This document shows positions 10,022 through 19,250 of a DNA stretch of 64,000 bases, in pieces (the stretch's first letter is position 1; each line of letters begins with the position of its first letter). The position numbers were made by a program, and so were the translations under genes. Under the pieces are notes generated by a model. The model was not told the DNA's origin. It did no database searches and saw only the letters and a program-made list of their open reading frames with translations. The stretch is from positions 9,670 to 73,669 of IMG/VR virus record IMGVR_UViG_3300035422_000089. One strand, 5' to 3'. The DNA comes from a virus (Duplodnaviria; Caudoviricetes).

Positions 10022-10825
10022 ATGGCAAAAATTGAAAATGATAAATATTATACGCCTATTGGACTGGCAAATTATTGTTGGGATAAGGTGCTTGATATAA
10101 TAGGAGAGCAAAATATATCTGAAATTATTGAGCCAAGTTGCGGAGATGGAGCATTTTATCATCACCCAATAAAAATCCCGCATTTTGGATATGATATAGA
10201 ACCACAATGTAACTTTAAAAATATAATAAAAGATGATTATTTGAAACAAGATATTACATATCTCTGTGGACGATTGGTTATCGGCAATCCTCCATATGGA
10301 AGATGTATGAATATGGCACAAAAGTTTTATAAGAAGTCTATTGAAATTGCAGATTATATAGCATTTATTCTTCCAATATCTCAATTAAATAATACTCGTT
10401 CAATGTATAAATTTGATTTGATTTATAGTGAAGATTTAGGCGTTCATCATTATACAGATAGGGATTTGCATTGTTGTTTTAATATTTATAAAAGACCCGA
10501 AAATGGTGAGCCAAACAAAAAAACAGTATCAAAATTGAAAGATATTTCAATTTATAGACAAGATAGCAAAGGGTATGACAATAAGGATTTTGATATCAGA
10601 ATGTGTTATTGGGGAGATGGAACAGCTGGTAAAATTTTAAAAGATGAAGAACATTATTCTGCTGAATATAAAATTAAAGTAAATAATGTAGAGAAAAGAG
10701 AAGAAATTATTAATGTGCTGTCAACATTTGATTGGAAATCATATTTGAATTGTATAGCTATGAGGAAAATTCAACAATTTCATATTATTGATGTATTGAA
10801 ACAAACTATATGTGGCATTAGTTAG
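10022..10825 (+). CDS. Orphan amino (N6A/N4C) DNA methyltransferase
   Basis: YYTP, EPSCGDG (motif I), IGNPPY (motif IV). Confidence 0.85.
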   Translation: MAKIENDKYYTPIGLANYCWDKVLDIIGEQNISEIIEPSCGDGAFYHHPIKIPHFGYDIEPQCNFKNIIKDDYLKQDITYLCGRLVIGNPPYGRCMNMAQKFYKKSIEIADYIAFILPISQLNNTRSMYKFDLIYSEDLGVHHYTDRDLHCCFNIYKRPENGEPNKKTVSKLKDISIYRQDSKGYDNKDFDIRMCYWGDGTAGKILKDEEHYSAEYKIKVNNVEKREEIINVLSTFDWKSYLNCIAMRKIQQFHIIDVLKQTICGIS

Positions 10826-10862
10826 ATATTAAATTAAATAATATACAAGATACAAAATAAAG

Positions 10863-10921
10863 AAAGGATACGAATGTTCACTAGTGAAGAAAGCTGCGCA
10901 GCTACTAAGTAATGGTGAACA
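10863..10921 (+). promoter_or_regulatory. Double-palindrome leader E2 (57/59 identical to E6)
   Basis: AAAGGA-tacga-ATG; TTCACTAGTGAA and AGCTGCGCAGCT enclosed by TGTTCAC/GTGAACA. Confidence 0.75.
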
Positions 10922-11692
10922 AAAATTAAAGTATTAGAATTATTCGCAGGAACTTGTTGCTTATCAAACGGATTCAAAGCAAGAGGACATGAAACATATA
11001 CGATTGATATTGATAAACAATTTGATGTTGATTGGCATATGGATTGTAGCAAGATTACTACAAAGGATATTATTGAAAGATTTGGTGTACCAGATGTTAT
11101 TTGGTTAGGAACTCCATGTCAAAGTTATAGTATAGCAGCCATCTCACACCATAGAAGAAAAAATGAAGAATCTGGGAATTTAGATGGTGTAAGCAATTTT
11201 GCGAGATTCTGTGATGAAATGAATTGGCACTGCAGAAAAATAGTTGAGGAATTATTAGAGATTAACCCCAATTTAATTTATTTTTGGGAAAATCCAAGAT
11301 CTGCTTTTAGAAAAATGGATTTTATTCAGGGGATACCAAGATATACGATTTGGTATTGTAAATATATGACAGAGTTTCCACCAGAACAAAGAAGAGCCAA
11401 GCCAACAGATTTATTTACAAATCATCCGAACCCTAAGTTTTTACCTGAGTGTAAAAATGGTTCTCCTGACCACGCAGTTGCTAAACGCGGTATGGCAACA
11501 GGAACTCAAGGGATGAAAAATGCAAAAGAAAGAAGTACATATCCAAAACAATTGGTTGAACATATAGTTGATATTTGCGAGCAGTATTTACACGAAAAAG
11601 AATTATTTGATGAATGTAAATCTTGTAAAAACAAATGGTCTTCTATGAAGTGTGATATGTGTGAAGACTTTGATATGTATAAAAGGCAATAA
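10919..11692 (+). CDS. Small C5-cytosine methyltransferase-like protein; true 5' end upstream of track ATG, no in-frame ATG/GTG/TTG before motif I (ATT 10925 candidate)
   Basis: In-frame KIKVLELFAG (motif I) upstream of 11039, GTPCQS (IV), WENP (VI). Confidence 0.75.
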   Translation, partial: TKIKVLELFAGTCCLSNGFKARGHETYTIDIDKQFDVDWHMDCSKITTKDIIERFGVPDVIWLGTPCQSYSIAAISHHRRKNEESGNLDGVSNFARFCDEMNWHCRKIVEELLEINPNLIYFWENPRSAFRKMDFIQGIPRYTIWYCKYMTEFPPEQRRAKPTDLFTNHPNPKFLPECKNGSPDHAVAKRGMATGTQGMKNAKERSTYPKQLVEHIVDICEQYLHEKELFDECKSCKNKWSSMKCDMCEDFDMYKRQ

Positions 11693-11715
11693 TTATATAG
11701 AGAATTATTAAAACG

Positions 11716-11763
11716 AAAGGAGTAAGAGGTTTGCTGGCCAGCATTAAAGATTGTCTTTACTCC
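11716..11763 (+). promoter_or_regulatory. Double-palindrome leader E3
   Basis: GGAGTAA..GAGGTT-TGCTGGCCAGCA-t-TAAAGA-ttg-TCTTTA-CTCC, TTG start 9 nt later. Confidence 0.7.
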
Positions 11764-11772
11764 AAAATGTAA

Positions 11773-13065
11773 TTGAGAAGAGAAAAAGAATTAAGAAATT
11801 GGGAACTGGTAAATTTCTGTGAATTTGATAAGTACGCAATTAAAAGCTACTGTGCAATTCATGGTGTAGACGAGAGTTTAAACCTTGGTGATATTACTAA
11901 GGTTAATGAAACAAAATTAGAAGATTTTAATATGATGACATGGGGATTTCCATGTACCGATATTTCCGTAGCCGGAAAGCAAAAAGGATTTTTAGACGAA
12001 GATGGTAACAAAACAAGAAGTGGCATGTATTATGAAGGAATTCGTATTCTTAGACATAAGAAACCAGCATTATCAATTATTGAAAATGTAAAGAATTTAA
12101 CAAGTAAGCGATTTAAAAAAGAATTTGAAACAGTTTTATCGGACTTAGATGAAGCAGGATATAACTCATATTGGAAAGTTTTGAATGCGAAAGACTTTGG
12201 GATCCCTCAAAATCGTGAAAGAGTATTTATTATATCAATTCGTAAAGATTTGGATAATGGCAGATTTACATTTCCTGAAGGTTTTGATAATGGAATCCGT
12301 TTGAAAGATATTTTGGAAGATGAGGTAGACGAAAAGTATTATATTTCTGATGATAAAGTGCAGAGATTTTTAACAAATCTAAATACTAATACTTCTTTAC
12401 TATATGATCCGTGTCAGGTAAAAAGAGAAGGTAAATCAAGGGAATATAATGATTACTGTCCAACTCTAACTTCAAGAGATTACAAAGATTCCAGATTAGT
12501 AAATGAAAATGTTGTTAAACAAGTAGGTAATATTTCTGATTGTAATGGGAATTGGAAGAATCCACAAGTGGGGAGAATTTATGATCCTGATGGTTGTTCA
12601 CCGACATTAAATACTTGTGGCAAAGGTAGCCATGAACCTAAGATTGTTCAGGTTGGTAATGTAAATCCATCTGGTAAAGGTATGAATGGTAATGTATTTT
12701 CAGAAGATGGACTAGCACCAACTTTAACAACAAATAAAGGTGAAGGAAATAAAATTTTAACAGGTATTAGAATCCGCAAACTAACGCCAAAAAAAACTTT
12801 CAGGCTTATGGGATTTTCTGATTCAGCATATGACGCTGCAAGCAAAGTTGTTAGTAACAGCCAGCTTTATAAACAATCAGGGAATTCAATAGTAGTAGAT
12901 ATTTTATATTACATATTAGTTGAGTTATATAAGGCAATGCCATATCTGTTTGATGATTTGAAACTGAGCAGTTTCTTCTCAGGTATTGGTGCATTTGAGG
13001 CTAGTTTGGACAGATTGTATGAAAGCATCAATACAGGAAATTTTACCAAACCACAAGTGGAGTAA
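11773..13065 (+). CDS. Circularly permuted, multi-TRD C5-cytosine DNA methyltransferase
   Basis: Order II-III-IV(GFPC)-VI(ENV)-VIII(QNRERVF)-three PTL-type TRD repeats-IX-X(YKQSGNS)-I(FFSGIG) at the C-terminus. Confidence 0.9.
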   Translation: MRREKELRNWELVNFCEFDKYAIKSYCAIHGVDESLNLGDITKVNETKLEDFNMMTWGFPCTDISVAGKQKGFLDEDGNKTRSGMYYEGIRILRHKKPALSIIENVKNLTSKRFKKEFETVLSDLDEAGYNSYWKVLNAKDFGIPQNRERVFIISIRKDLDNGRFTFPEGFDNGIRLKDILEDEVDEKYYISDDKVQRFLTNLNTNTSLLYDPCQVKREGKSREYNDYCPTLTSRDYKDSRLVNENVVKQVGNISDCNGNWKNPQVGRIYDPDGCSPTLNTCGKGSHEPKIVQVGNVNPSGKGMNGNVFSEDGLAPTLTTNKGEGNKILTGIRIRKLTPKKTFRLMGFSDSAYDAASKVVSNSQLYKQSGNSIVVDILYYILVELYKAMPYLFDDLKLSSFFSGIGAFEASLDRLYESINTGNFTKPQVE

Positions 13066-13079
13066 ATTCTGCTTGTGGT
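13038..13079 (+). other. -1 programmed ribosomal frameshift signal 1
   Basis: In-frame A_AAT_TTT, 5-nt spacer, 14-bp stem ACCACAAGTGGAG(T)..TTCTGCTTGTGGT region 13050-13079 with the 0-frame TAA in the loop; -1 frame open into 13098 ORF. Confidence 0.8.
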
Positions 13080-13382
13080 GAATATAAACCAGTTTTATTG
13101 GGTGGTATTGGAGAAATTAATTTTGGTAAACAATATCGCCAAGGTAATCGTGTATATGATTCTAATGCAATAGCAATGTGTTTAACAGCACAACCATTAG
13201 GTAACGCTGGAGGATATAGTTATCTGTATGCTGTTGGAGCCGCTATGCGTGGCAGATATAATTCTGATGGTAAAACTGAACAACAGATAGAAGTAAGGGA
13301 TGACGAGTTATCTAATGCAATTACAACGGTATGGAAAGATAGTTTGGTTGTAGAAAATTTTCAGAAACCGCCAATGAGTTGA
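13044..13382 (+). CDS. TRD-like extension 1 of the C5-MTase (-1 frame)
   Basis: QGNRVYDSNAIAMCLTAQ and LSNAITTVWKDSLV resemble the TRD repeats in the main ORF; no good SD of its own. Confidence 0.75.
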   Translation, partial: YQTTSGVNSACGEYKPVLLGGIGEINFGKQYRQGNRVYDSNAIAMCLTAQPLGNAGGYSYLYAVGAAMRGRYNSDGKTEQQIEVRDDELSNAITTVWKDSLVVENFQKPPMS

Positions 13383-13396
13383 TATTCGTTGGCGGT
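13355..13396 (+). other. -1 programmed ribosomal frameshift signal 2
   Basis: In-frame A_AAT_TTT, 5-nt spacer, 13-bp stem ACCGCCAATGAGT-TGAT-ATTCGTTGGCGGT with the stop at the loop; -1 frame open to 13564. Confidence 0.8.
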
Positions 13397-13564
13397 ATAG
13401 AAAGTAAAAAGTGGTTGGATAATGGCAAATATTTATCAAGAAACTATAAACAAGGGTATCGAGTATATGATTCAGATGGTATTGCATGTGCTTTAACAGC
13501 ACAAGGAACAGGAGGATTGGGTGGGTATTCAGGATTGTATCTTGTTAGAAAAAAGAAGTATTAA
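13361..13564 (+). CDS. TRD-like extension 2 of the C5-MTase (-1 frame again)
   Basis: QGYRVYDSDGIACALTAQGTGG. Confidence 0.75.
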   Translation, partial: SETANELIFVGGIESKKWLDNGKYLSRNYKQGYRVYDSDGIACALTAQGTGGLGGYSGLYLVRKKKY

Positions 13565-13605
13565 AACCCACGTTTCAAGTAGAAAAAGAAAAGGAGAAAA
13601 ACGAT

Positions 13606-13911
13606 ATGGAAATCATGAAAGTAAAAAATTATAAGGTATTTGCAGAGACATTAAAAAAGAAAACTGGATGTGAAGCCACTATCAAGATTATGAATAGTAA
13701 AGATCACTATCATTTTCAGTTGAATAAAGATGGTATTTCTCTTGGAGTATTATGTCTTGATCAAGGAGAAGCGTCTTTTGCTCCGTTTGTGTCACTTGAT
13801 ACGGCAAAAGATGATCAGTATATCAATGTAAAGTATATGCCAATGCTTGAAGATTTTATAGGTGTTCTAAAGGTATTTGATGAAATGTTTGTTTGTGAAG
13901 AAGAAGTATAG
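13606..13911 (+). CDS. Hypothetical protein
   Basis: 101-aa ORF, AGGAG SD. Confidence 0.7.
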   Translation: MEIMKVKNYKVFAETLKKKTGCEATIKIMNSKDHYHFQLNKDGISLGVLCLDQGEASFAPFVSLDTAKDDQYINVKYMPMLEDFIGVLKVFDEMFVCEEEV

Positions 13912-13940
13912 CTTTGAAATCTGCGATTTATCGGAGGGTA

Positions 13941-14231
13941 ATGAAGTTGAAAGAATGTAGGTTTTGTAAAGATAGAACAAAATGCGAATATGCCATGAAC
14001 GATTATCCTGGCTCTGACAATCTTTGGAAAGCAGAGAAATATTGTGAGAAAATTCAAAAATCAAATGTAGAAACAGTTAGTGAAAATGATAGCAAAGCAT
14101 TTAAAGAGAAAGTAGAAAAATATCTTTCGCAAGGATATAAAATCTCTTCAACAAATTGCGGTTATGCTGGTGAAGTTGGTGGTAATGTATATGATTGTGA
14201 ATACTGGATGGCGATTTTGATTAAGGAGTAG
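13941..14231 (+). CDS. Hypothetical protein (Cys-containing)
   Basis: ATG after GGAGG; the track start lies inside the junction palindrome. Confidence 0.7.
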   Translation: MKLKECRFCKDRTKCEYAMNDYPGSDNLWKAEKYCEKIQKSNVETVSENDSKAFKEKVEKYLSQGYKISSTNCGYAGEVGGNVYDCEYWMAILIKE

Positions 14232-14242
14232 GATGTGAATAA

Positions 14243-14679
14243 ATGCGTAGAAGATTAATAGGAAATATTTGTACTGGACTTGGTAATCCATCACCAGTAA
14301 TTTTTGACAACGAATACACAGATAATAAAAGGTTTAATGAGACTGTAAAACTATTTTTTGAAGATGCACTAAATTCATTAAATGATGAAACTATTCATGA
14401 TATTGGAGGTTTCGATTTCAAAATAGAGTTAGAAGATAACAGTTTTAGGATTTTATTTGGTATTGAACCATCATATATGTATAATCCGTATATCTGTTAT
14501 TCTGTTATTGCTTTGATAGCGAAAAAGAGAAAAGCTATATACATAAGGGACAGGCATTTGGATATTATGGTGCTAATATCAAAATAAAATCGAAGAAGAG
14601 TTATAGGAGATGTGGTAAAGAATTTAGAGAATGTATAAATAGGCATTATGAAAATTTGATGAGGTGTTTAAGTGAATAA
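14243..14679 (+). pseudogene. Hypothetical gene frameshifted by an 8-nt tandem duplication
   Basis: TCTGTTAT twice (14493-14508); removing one copy restores YICYCFDSEKEKSYIHKGQAFGYYG... to TAA 14679. Confidence 0.6.
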
Positions 14680-14899
14680 TGGAATATTTGCAAAATATAC
14701 GGGGATTCCAATAATAGTTGTTCCTGATAGTAAAAAGCAAAATAGGACACATAAGAAAAAGAGAATAAATAAGAAGTGGGCTAAAAGATATGGATACACA
14801 ACATATAATTCCATTGAAGATGAAAAGGTGATTATGATGAATGGAAGCATGTATGTAAATCCGAGGGCTTATTATAAGTTGAAATCTATTGAATTGTAG
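14672..14899 (+). CDS. Small basic phage protein
   Basis: RTHKKKRINKKWAKRYG motif. Confidence 0.7.
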   Translation: MNNGIFAKYTGIPIIVVPDSKKQNRTHKKKRINKKWAKRYGYTTYNSIEDEKVIMMNGSMYVNPRAYYKLKSIEL

Positions 14900-15281
14900 A
14901 TTTAGAAATTCATTCTGTGTGGAGGTAGGTAAGGTGACTAGAAAAGAGGAATTAGAAGCTGTAGAAGTGGAATTATACGAAAAAATAACTAAGGTTAAGA
15001 AAGAAAAGGAAGAAATTAGGCAAAAGGAATTAGCTGAGAAAAAGAGAAATGTAGCAAAGCATATTCAATATTTAAGAGATAATAAAGATATTATATTGCC
15101 TCTTTTAGAACATTCAAGAAAAAACTGTAGTGATGATAATTGCTGTAATGGATATATAACATCTGATGGATATGCTAGATGCAATAAATGTTTCTTAATA
15201 GAGATTTTGAATGGCGAATGGGGAGAAGGAGATTTTGAAGTAACTTTTGACGTTCATATTTCATGCACAGAAGTCATTTAA
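14889..15281 (+). CDS. Hypothetical protein with Cys cluster
   Basis: 130-aa ORF. Confidence 0.65.
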   Translation: MNCRFRNSFCVEVGKVTRKEELEAVEVELYEKITKVKKEKEEIRQKELAEKKRNVAKHIQYLRDNKDIILPLLEHSRKNCSDDNCCNGYITSDGYARCNKCFLIEILNGEWGEGDFEVTFDVHISCTEVI

Positions 15282-15313
15282 ACTTGCATTTCATAGGAGG
15301 AGAAAAAGAAGTT

Positions 15314-15673
15314 ATGAGCATGGAAAGTCATTATTACGTTATAGCTGGTTATGATTTGACTGGCAACGAAACAGATAAATTTAAAGATTGGAAGTGGTCG
15401 GATGATGGAGAAGATTATATTTGCAACCAGTGCAAAGGCAAGATTCAATTTTTCGATGATCCGATGAGTGGTTTACATTTATATTTTGGATATGTTTTGG
15501 CTTCTGGTAATGAGTATAGTTTTGATACAGAAATGTTTGATGTGTCTGATATTGAAAAATGTTCTGGTAAGGTGAAAGCAGAATTGGTAAAACTTCAAGA
15601 ACTGGGAGTGATTACAAAAAATCCACATTTTAAACCTGTGTTTAAGATTATTGTATTTGAAGAATGTAGATAG
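15314..15673 (+). CDS. Hypothetical protein
   Basis: ATG 15314 after GGAGG, in frame with track ORF 15263. Confidence 0.7.
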   Translation: MSMESHYYVIAGYDLTGNETDKFKDWKWSDDGEDYICNQCKGKIQFFDDPMSGLHLYFGYVLASGNEYSFDTEMFDVSDIEKCSGKVKAELVKLQELGVITKNPHFKPVFKIIVFEECR

Positions 15674-15680
15674 AGGGTAG

Positions 15681-16199
15681 GTGATTCAAATAACACATAA
15701 TTACATAAATCTTACAAATGGCGTTGAAGCCATTCCAATGTTGAAATTTTGGAATGAGGATTACAGATTTATTCGTATTCAGTCAACAATCTGTGAACAG
15801 AAATTATGGAACAGACTCATTCAGGATTTGGACTATGATTTTTTGATGAATTTAGCACTTGGACATAAGTGTGTTGTGTATGATTTCGGGGCGAGAAAGC
15901 CGGTTCCTAGAGCAGTATATCAGGGATTAGAATTTGTGAAATATGTTCTGAATCGCAGGTGGCTGGATCAGGAATATATCACAAATGTAAATAGAAGTAA
16001 AAATCAAGAGAGAAAGAATAATTGTAATGATTATTTCAATAAGTGTTATTTGAACTTAGAAGATAGAACAAAAAAGAAACTGGATTATTTCTTACCATAT
16101 GTAATCACAAAAGAAATAAAATTGGAATGTGTTACTGATTGTACGCAGCATGATAATGATAAAGAATTTTATAGAGAAATATTGAAACAGGTGAGTTAA
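15681..16199 (+). CDS. Hypothetical protein
   Basis: 172-aa ORF. Confidence 0.7.
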   Translation: MIQITHNYINLTNGVEAIPMLKFWNEDYRFIRIQSTICEQKLWNRLIQDLDYDFLMNLALGHKCVVYDFGARKPVPRAVYQGLEFVKYVLNRRWLDQEYITNVNRSKNQERKNNCNDYFNKCYLNLEDRTKKKLDYFLPYVITKEIKLECVTDCTQHDNDKEFYREILKQVS

Positions 16200-16220
16200 A
16201 TTTGGAAGGAGATACTGATT

Positions 16221-16889
16221 ATGAGTAAAGCGAAAAGATATAAAGGTCTGAAATTTAATTATAGAGTCAAAGGACAAAACAAAGTCTTTATGGATAAATA
16301 TTTAACCATAGAAGATTTTCTTAAAACTCAATTTCCTAAAAATAATAATCCGGTATCTCCTTCATATGATACAGAAATATTCAATATAAATTGGAACTCG
16401 CATGAAGTTAGTATCAATAAAGATGCCAAAACTCTTTCTGATTTGATAGAAATTTTATCTGGCGAATGTTTTATCAGTAGCACAGATATTAGATTGACTA
16501 AATCCACATTGGAGAGAAAATCTGTTCATTATATTGAAGATGTAAGAGAAACAGTAAAAGATGTTTTATTTGAGAAACTTAAAAAAGATGCAAAAGTAAA
16601 ATTAGATGGTGACATCATAAAGGGTAATAGCCAAAGGTATCAGTTATTTTTTACAAAAGGTACAAAATGTGTCTGTTGTGGAATTGAGGGAAAATATTTT
16701 GCAAAAGAGAAGAAAATAAAAGATAAATCGTACCATTTGAATTTGTATGGTATTGATAATAGCGGAAAAGAAGTCTTAATTACAAAAGATCACATAATTC
16801 CAAAATCAAAAGGTGGGAAAGATGAATTAGAAAATTATCAAACAATGTGTGTTAGATGTAATGAAAGAAAAGGTAATAAAACAGAATAA
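16221..16889 (+). CDS. HNH endonuclease
   Basis: CVCC...TKDHIIPKSKGG...NYQTMCVRCNERK. Confidence 0.85.
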   Translation: MSKAKRYKGLKFNYRVKGQNKVFMDKYLTIEDFLKTQFPKNNNPVSPSYDTEIFNINWNSHEVSINKDAKTLSDLIEILSGECFISSTDIRLTKSTLERKSVHYIEDVRETVKDVLFEKLKKDAKVKLDGDIIKGNSQRYQLFFTKGTKCVCCGIEGKYFAKEKKIKDKSYHLNLYGIDNSGKEVLITKDHIIPKSKGGKDELENYQTMCVRCNERKGNKTE

Positions 16890-16899
16890 TTAATAAAGA

Positions 16900-16956
16900 A
16901 AGGATAAAATCAGAAGTTCCTATAGGTGAAAAGTGCGCACAGCTTATGACGGTAAG
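16900..16956 (+). promoter_or_regulatory. Double-palindrome leader E4 upstream of RNA-repair gene
   Basis: AAGGA SD, AAGTT-CCTATAGG-tgaaaa-GTGCGCAC-AGCTT, extra GCTTA/TAAGC hairpin, ATG 16963. Confidence 0.55.
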
Positions 16957-16962
16957 CGAGGA

Positions 16963-19161
16963 ATGAGAATTTTACTTTTATTAAGAGGATCTGCCGGATG
17001 TGGGAAATCTACATGGATTGAGAAAAATGGATTAAAACCATATACATTGTCGGCTGATGATATAAGGCTTCTGTGTCAGAGTCCTATTATGCAAGTAGAT
17101 GGCGCTGAAGGCATCAGCCAGGTAAACGATAATGTCACATGGAAGACTTTATTTAATTTGTTAGAAGTCAGAATGCAGAAGGGTGAATTTACTGTAATTG
17201 ACGCTACAAATTCTAAGACTTCTGAAATGAACAGATATAAGGAAATGTGCAATACATATAGATACAGGATTTATTGTGTTGATTTTACGGATATTTCTAT
17301 TGATGAAGTTAAGAGAAGGAATGCAAATAGAGAAGTATTAAAGAGAGTCCCTGAAGAAGTGATTGATAAGATGTATTCAAGATTTGCAACTCAGAAAATA
17401 CCATCAGGTATCAAAGTTATCAAACCTGATGAATTAGATACTATCTGGATGAGAATGATCGATCTGTCTGAATACAAAAAGATTCATCATATTGGAGATA
17501 TTCATGGATGTAATACAGTTTTGCAGAAGTACTTATCAGATAATGGTAGTATGAAAGATGATGAGTTTTATATTTTTACAGGTGATTATATTGATAGAGG
17601 ACTTGAAAATGCCGATGTTGTAAAATTTCTCATTTCCATTAAGGATAAGAAAAATGTTCTTATGTTGGAGGGGAATCATGAGAGATGGTTGTGGCTATAT
17701 GCAAATGGATGTACAGGTAAATCAAAAGAATTTGAATTAATTACAAAACCAGCTCTGGAAGAAGCGAGAATTGATAAGAAGGATATAAGGCAGCTTTATA
17801 GAAGATTTGGTCAGTGTGCTTATTATAAATATGGCGATAATGTTTATTTGGTTACTCATGCTGGACTTAGTACGCTTCCAAAGAATTTGTCATTTGTAGC
17901 AACGGATCAGATGATTAGAGGTGTTGGTGGTTACAATGATTTTGAGAAAATCGCAGAAACATTTGTCAACACTACACCAGACAATGTTTATCAGATTCAT
18001 GGACACAGAAATACAAAGAGATTAGATACAAAGGTAAATGACAGGGTATTCAATTTGGAAGGTCGTGTGGAATTTGGTGGAGAATTAAGATGTGTACAGG
18101 TTGATAAAAATGGTATTCACACAATCGAAATTCAAAATGAAGTATTCAAGACACCGGAAATGCAGAGTGAACAGACTGTTACAAGTAGTTCAGTTACAGA
18201 CACGATTATCTCTTTAAGGGCTAATAGATATATTCAGGAAAAGAAATTTGGCAATATCTCTTCCTTTAATTTTACTGAAAAGGCATTTTATGACAAGGTT
18301 TGGGATGAACAGACCACAAAATCAAGAGGGTTATATCTTGATACCCTAAAAGGAAAAGTAGTTGCAAGGGCATATGATAAGTTCTTTAATATCAACGAAA
18401 GACCAGAAACGAAGTTTGATATGCTGCAATACAAACTGCAATTTCCTGTAACAGCTTATGTTAAAGAAAATGGTTTCTTGGGCATTGTAAGTTACAACGA
18501 ATATGAAGATGATTTGTTGATTGCAAGTAAGTCTACTCTTGATAGCCAGTTTGCACAGTGGTTTAGAGAAATGTTATATGAAAAGATTTCTGCTGACAAT
18601 ATTCAGGAAATGAAGAAATATATTAAAGAGCATAATGTTTCATTTGTATTTGAGTGTGTTGACATGAAGAATGACCCACATATTATCGAATATCCAAACA
18701 GTGAATTATTCTTACTTGATATTGTTCAGAATGATATGAACTTTTCTAAATATGAATATGACACAATGGTTGATGTTGCTAATCAGTTTGGAATTACAAC
18801 GAAAGAAAAGGCATTTGAGATTGCAACATGGCAGGAGTTCTTTGATTGGTACTATGACATTTTGGAAGAAGATTATGAGTATGATGGACGCAAGATTGAA
18901 GGATTTGTCATTGAGGACAGTGTAGGCTACATGACAAAACTGAAACTGACATACTACAATTTCTGGAAGTTTATGAGAAGTATTTCACATGAAGCGATCA
19001 GGAATGGATATATCAGGAAGACATCGGCTTTAACTACTCCAACAGCAAATGAATATTATGCTTGGGTTAGAAAATTGCACGATGTAGAAGATAAAGATAG
19101 TATTCCGAGAGATATTTGTACGCTGAGAAGACTGTTTTATAAGGACAAGGAGAAAAATTGA
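16963..19161 (+). CDS. Polynucleotide kinase - metallophosphatase - Rnl1-like RNA ligase fusion (RNA repair)
   Basis: GSAGCGKST P-loop; GDIHG, GDYIDRG, GNHE phosphoesterase motifs; KENG and EGFV ligase motifs. Confidence 0.85.
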   Translation: MRILLLLRGSAGCGKSTWIEKNGLKPYTLSADDIRLLCQSPIMQVDGAEGISQVNDNVTWKTLFNLLEVRMQKGEFTVIDATNSKTSEMNRYKEMCNTYRYRIYCVDFTDISIDEVKRRNANREVLKRVPEEVIDKMYSRFATQKIPSGIKVIKPDELDTIWMRMIDLSEYKKIHHIGDIHGCNTVLQKYLSDNGSMKDDEFYIFTGDYIDRGLENADVVKFLISIKDKKNVLMLEGNHERWLWLYANGCTGKSKEFELITKPALEEARIDKKDIRQLYRRFGQCAYYKYGDNVYLVTHAGLSTLPKNLSFVATDQMIRGVGGYNDFEKIAETFVNTTPDNVYQIHGHRNTKRLDTKVNDRVFNLEGRVEFGGELRCVQVDKNGIHTIEIQNEVFKTPEMQSEQTVTSSSVTDTIISLRANRYIQEKKFGNISSFNFTEKAFYDKVWDEQTTKSRGLYLDTLKGKVVARAYDKFFNINERPETKFDMLQYKLQFPVTAYVKENGFLGIVSYNEYEDDLLIASKSTLDSQFAQWFREMLYEKISADNIQEMKKYIKEHNVSFVFECVDMKNDPHIIEYPNSELFLLDIVQNDMNFSKYEYDTMVDVANQFGITTKEKAFEIATWQEFFDWYYDILEEDYEYDGRKIEGFVIEDSVGYMTKLKLTYYNFWKFMRSISHEAIRNGYIRKTSALTTPTANEYYAWVRKLHDVEDKDSIPRDICTLRRLFYKDKEKN

Positions 19162-19171
19162 TAAAAATATA

Positions 19172-19213
19172 CCATATATAGTAGTTTGCTGTATTTGAAA
19201 TTGCTATATATGG
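19172..19213. promoter_or_regulatory. Tandem NrdR-box-like pair / inverted repeat
   Basis: CCATATATAG (19172) and CTATATATGG (19204), 32 bp apart. Confidence 0.55.
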
Positions 19214-19250
19214 TACAGACATGAAATCGAGATTTCAAAGGTGGATAGTC

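Noticed and set aside
10874-10918. Stop-codon reassignment explaining in-frame TAA/TGA before the MTase
   Set aside because: Long genes have no internal stops and all three stop codons terminate genes normally; the stops belong to the leader element
1734-16889. DUF262 or HNH protein as cognate restriction enzyme of the MTases
   Set aside because: Neither is adjacent to an MTase, and DUF262 lacks a visible C-terminal HNH domain
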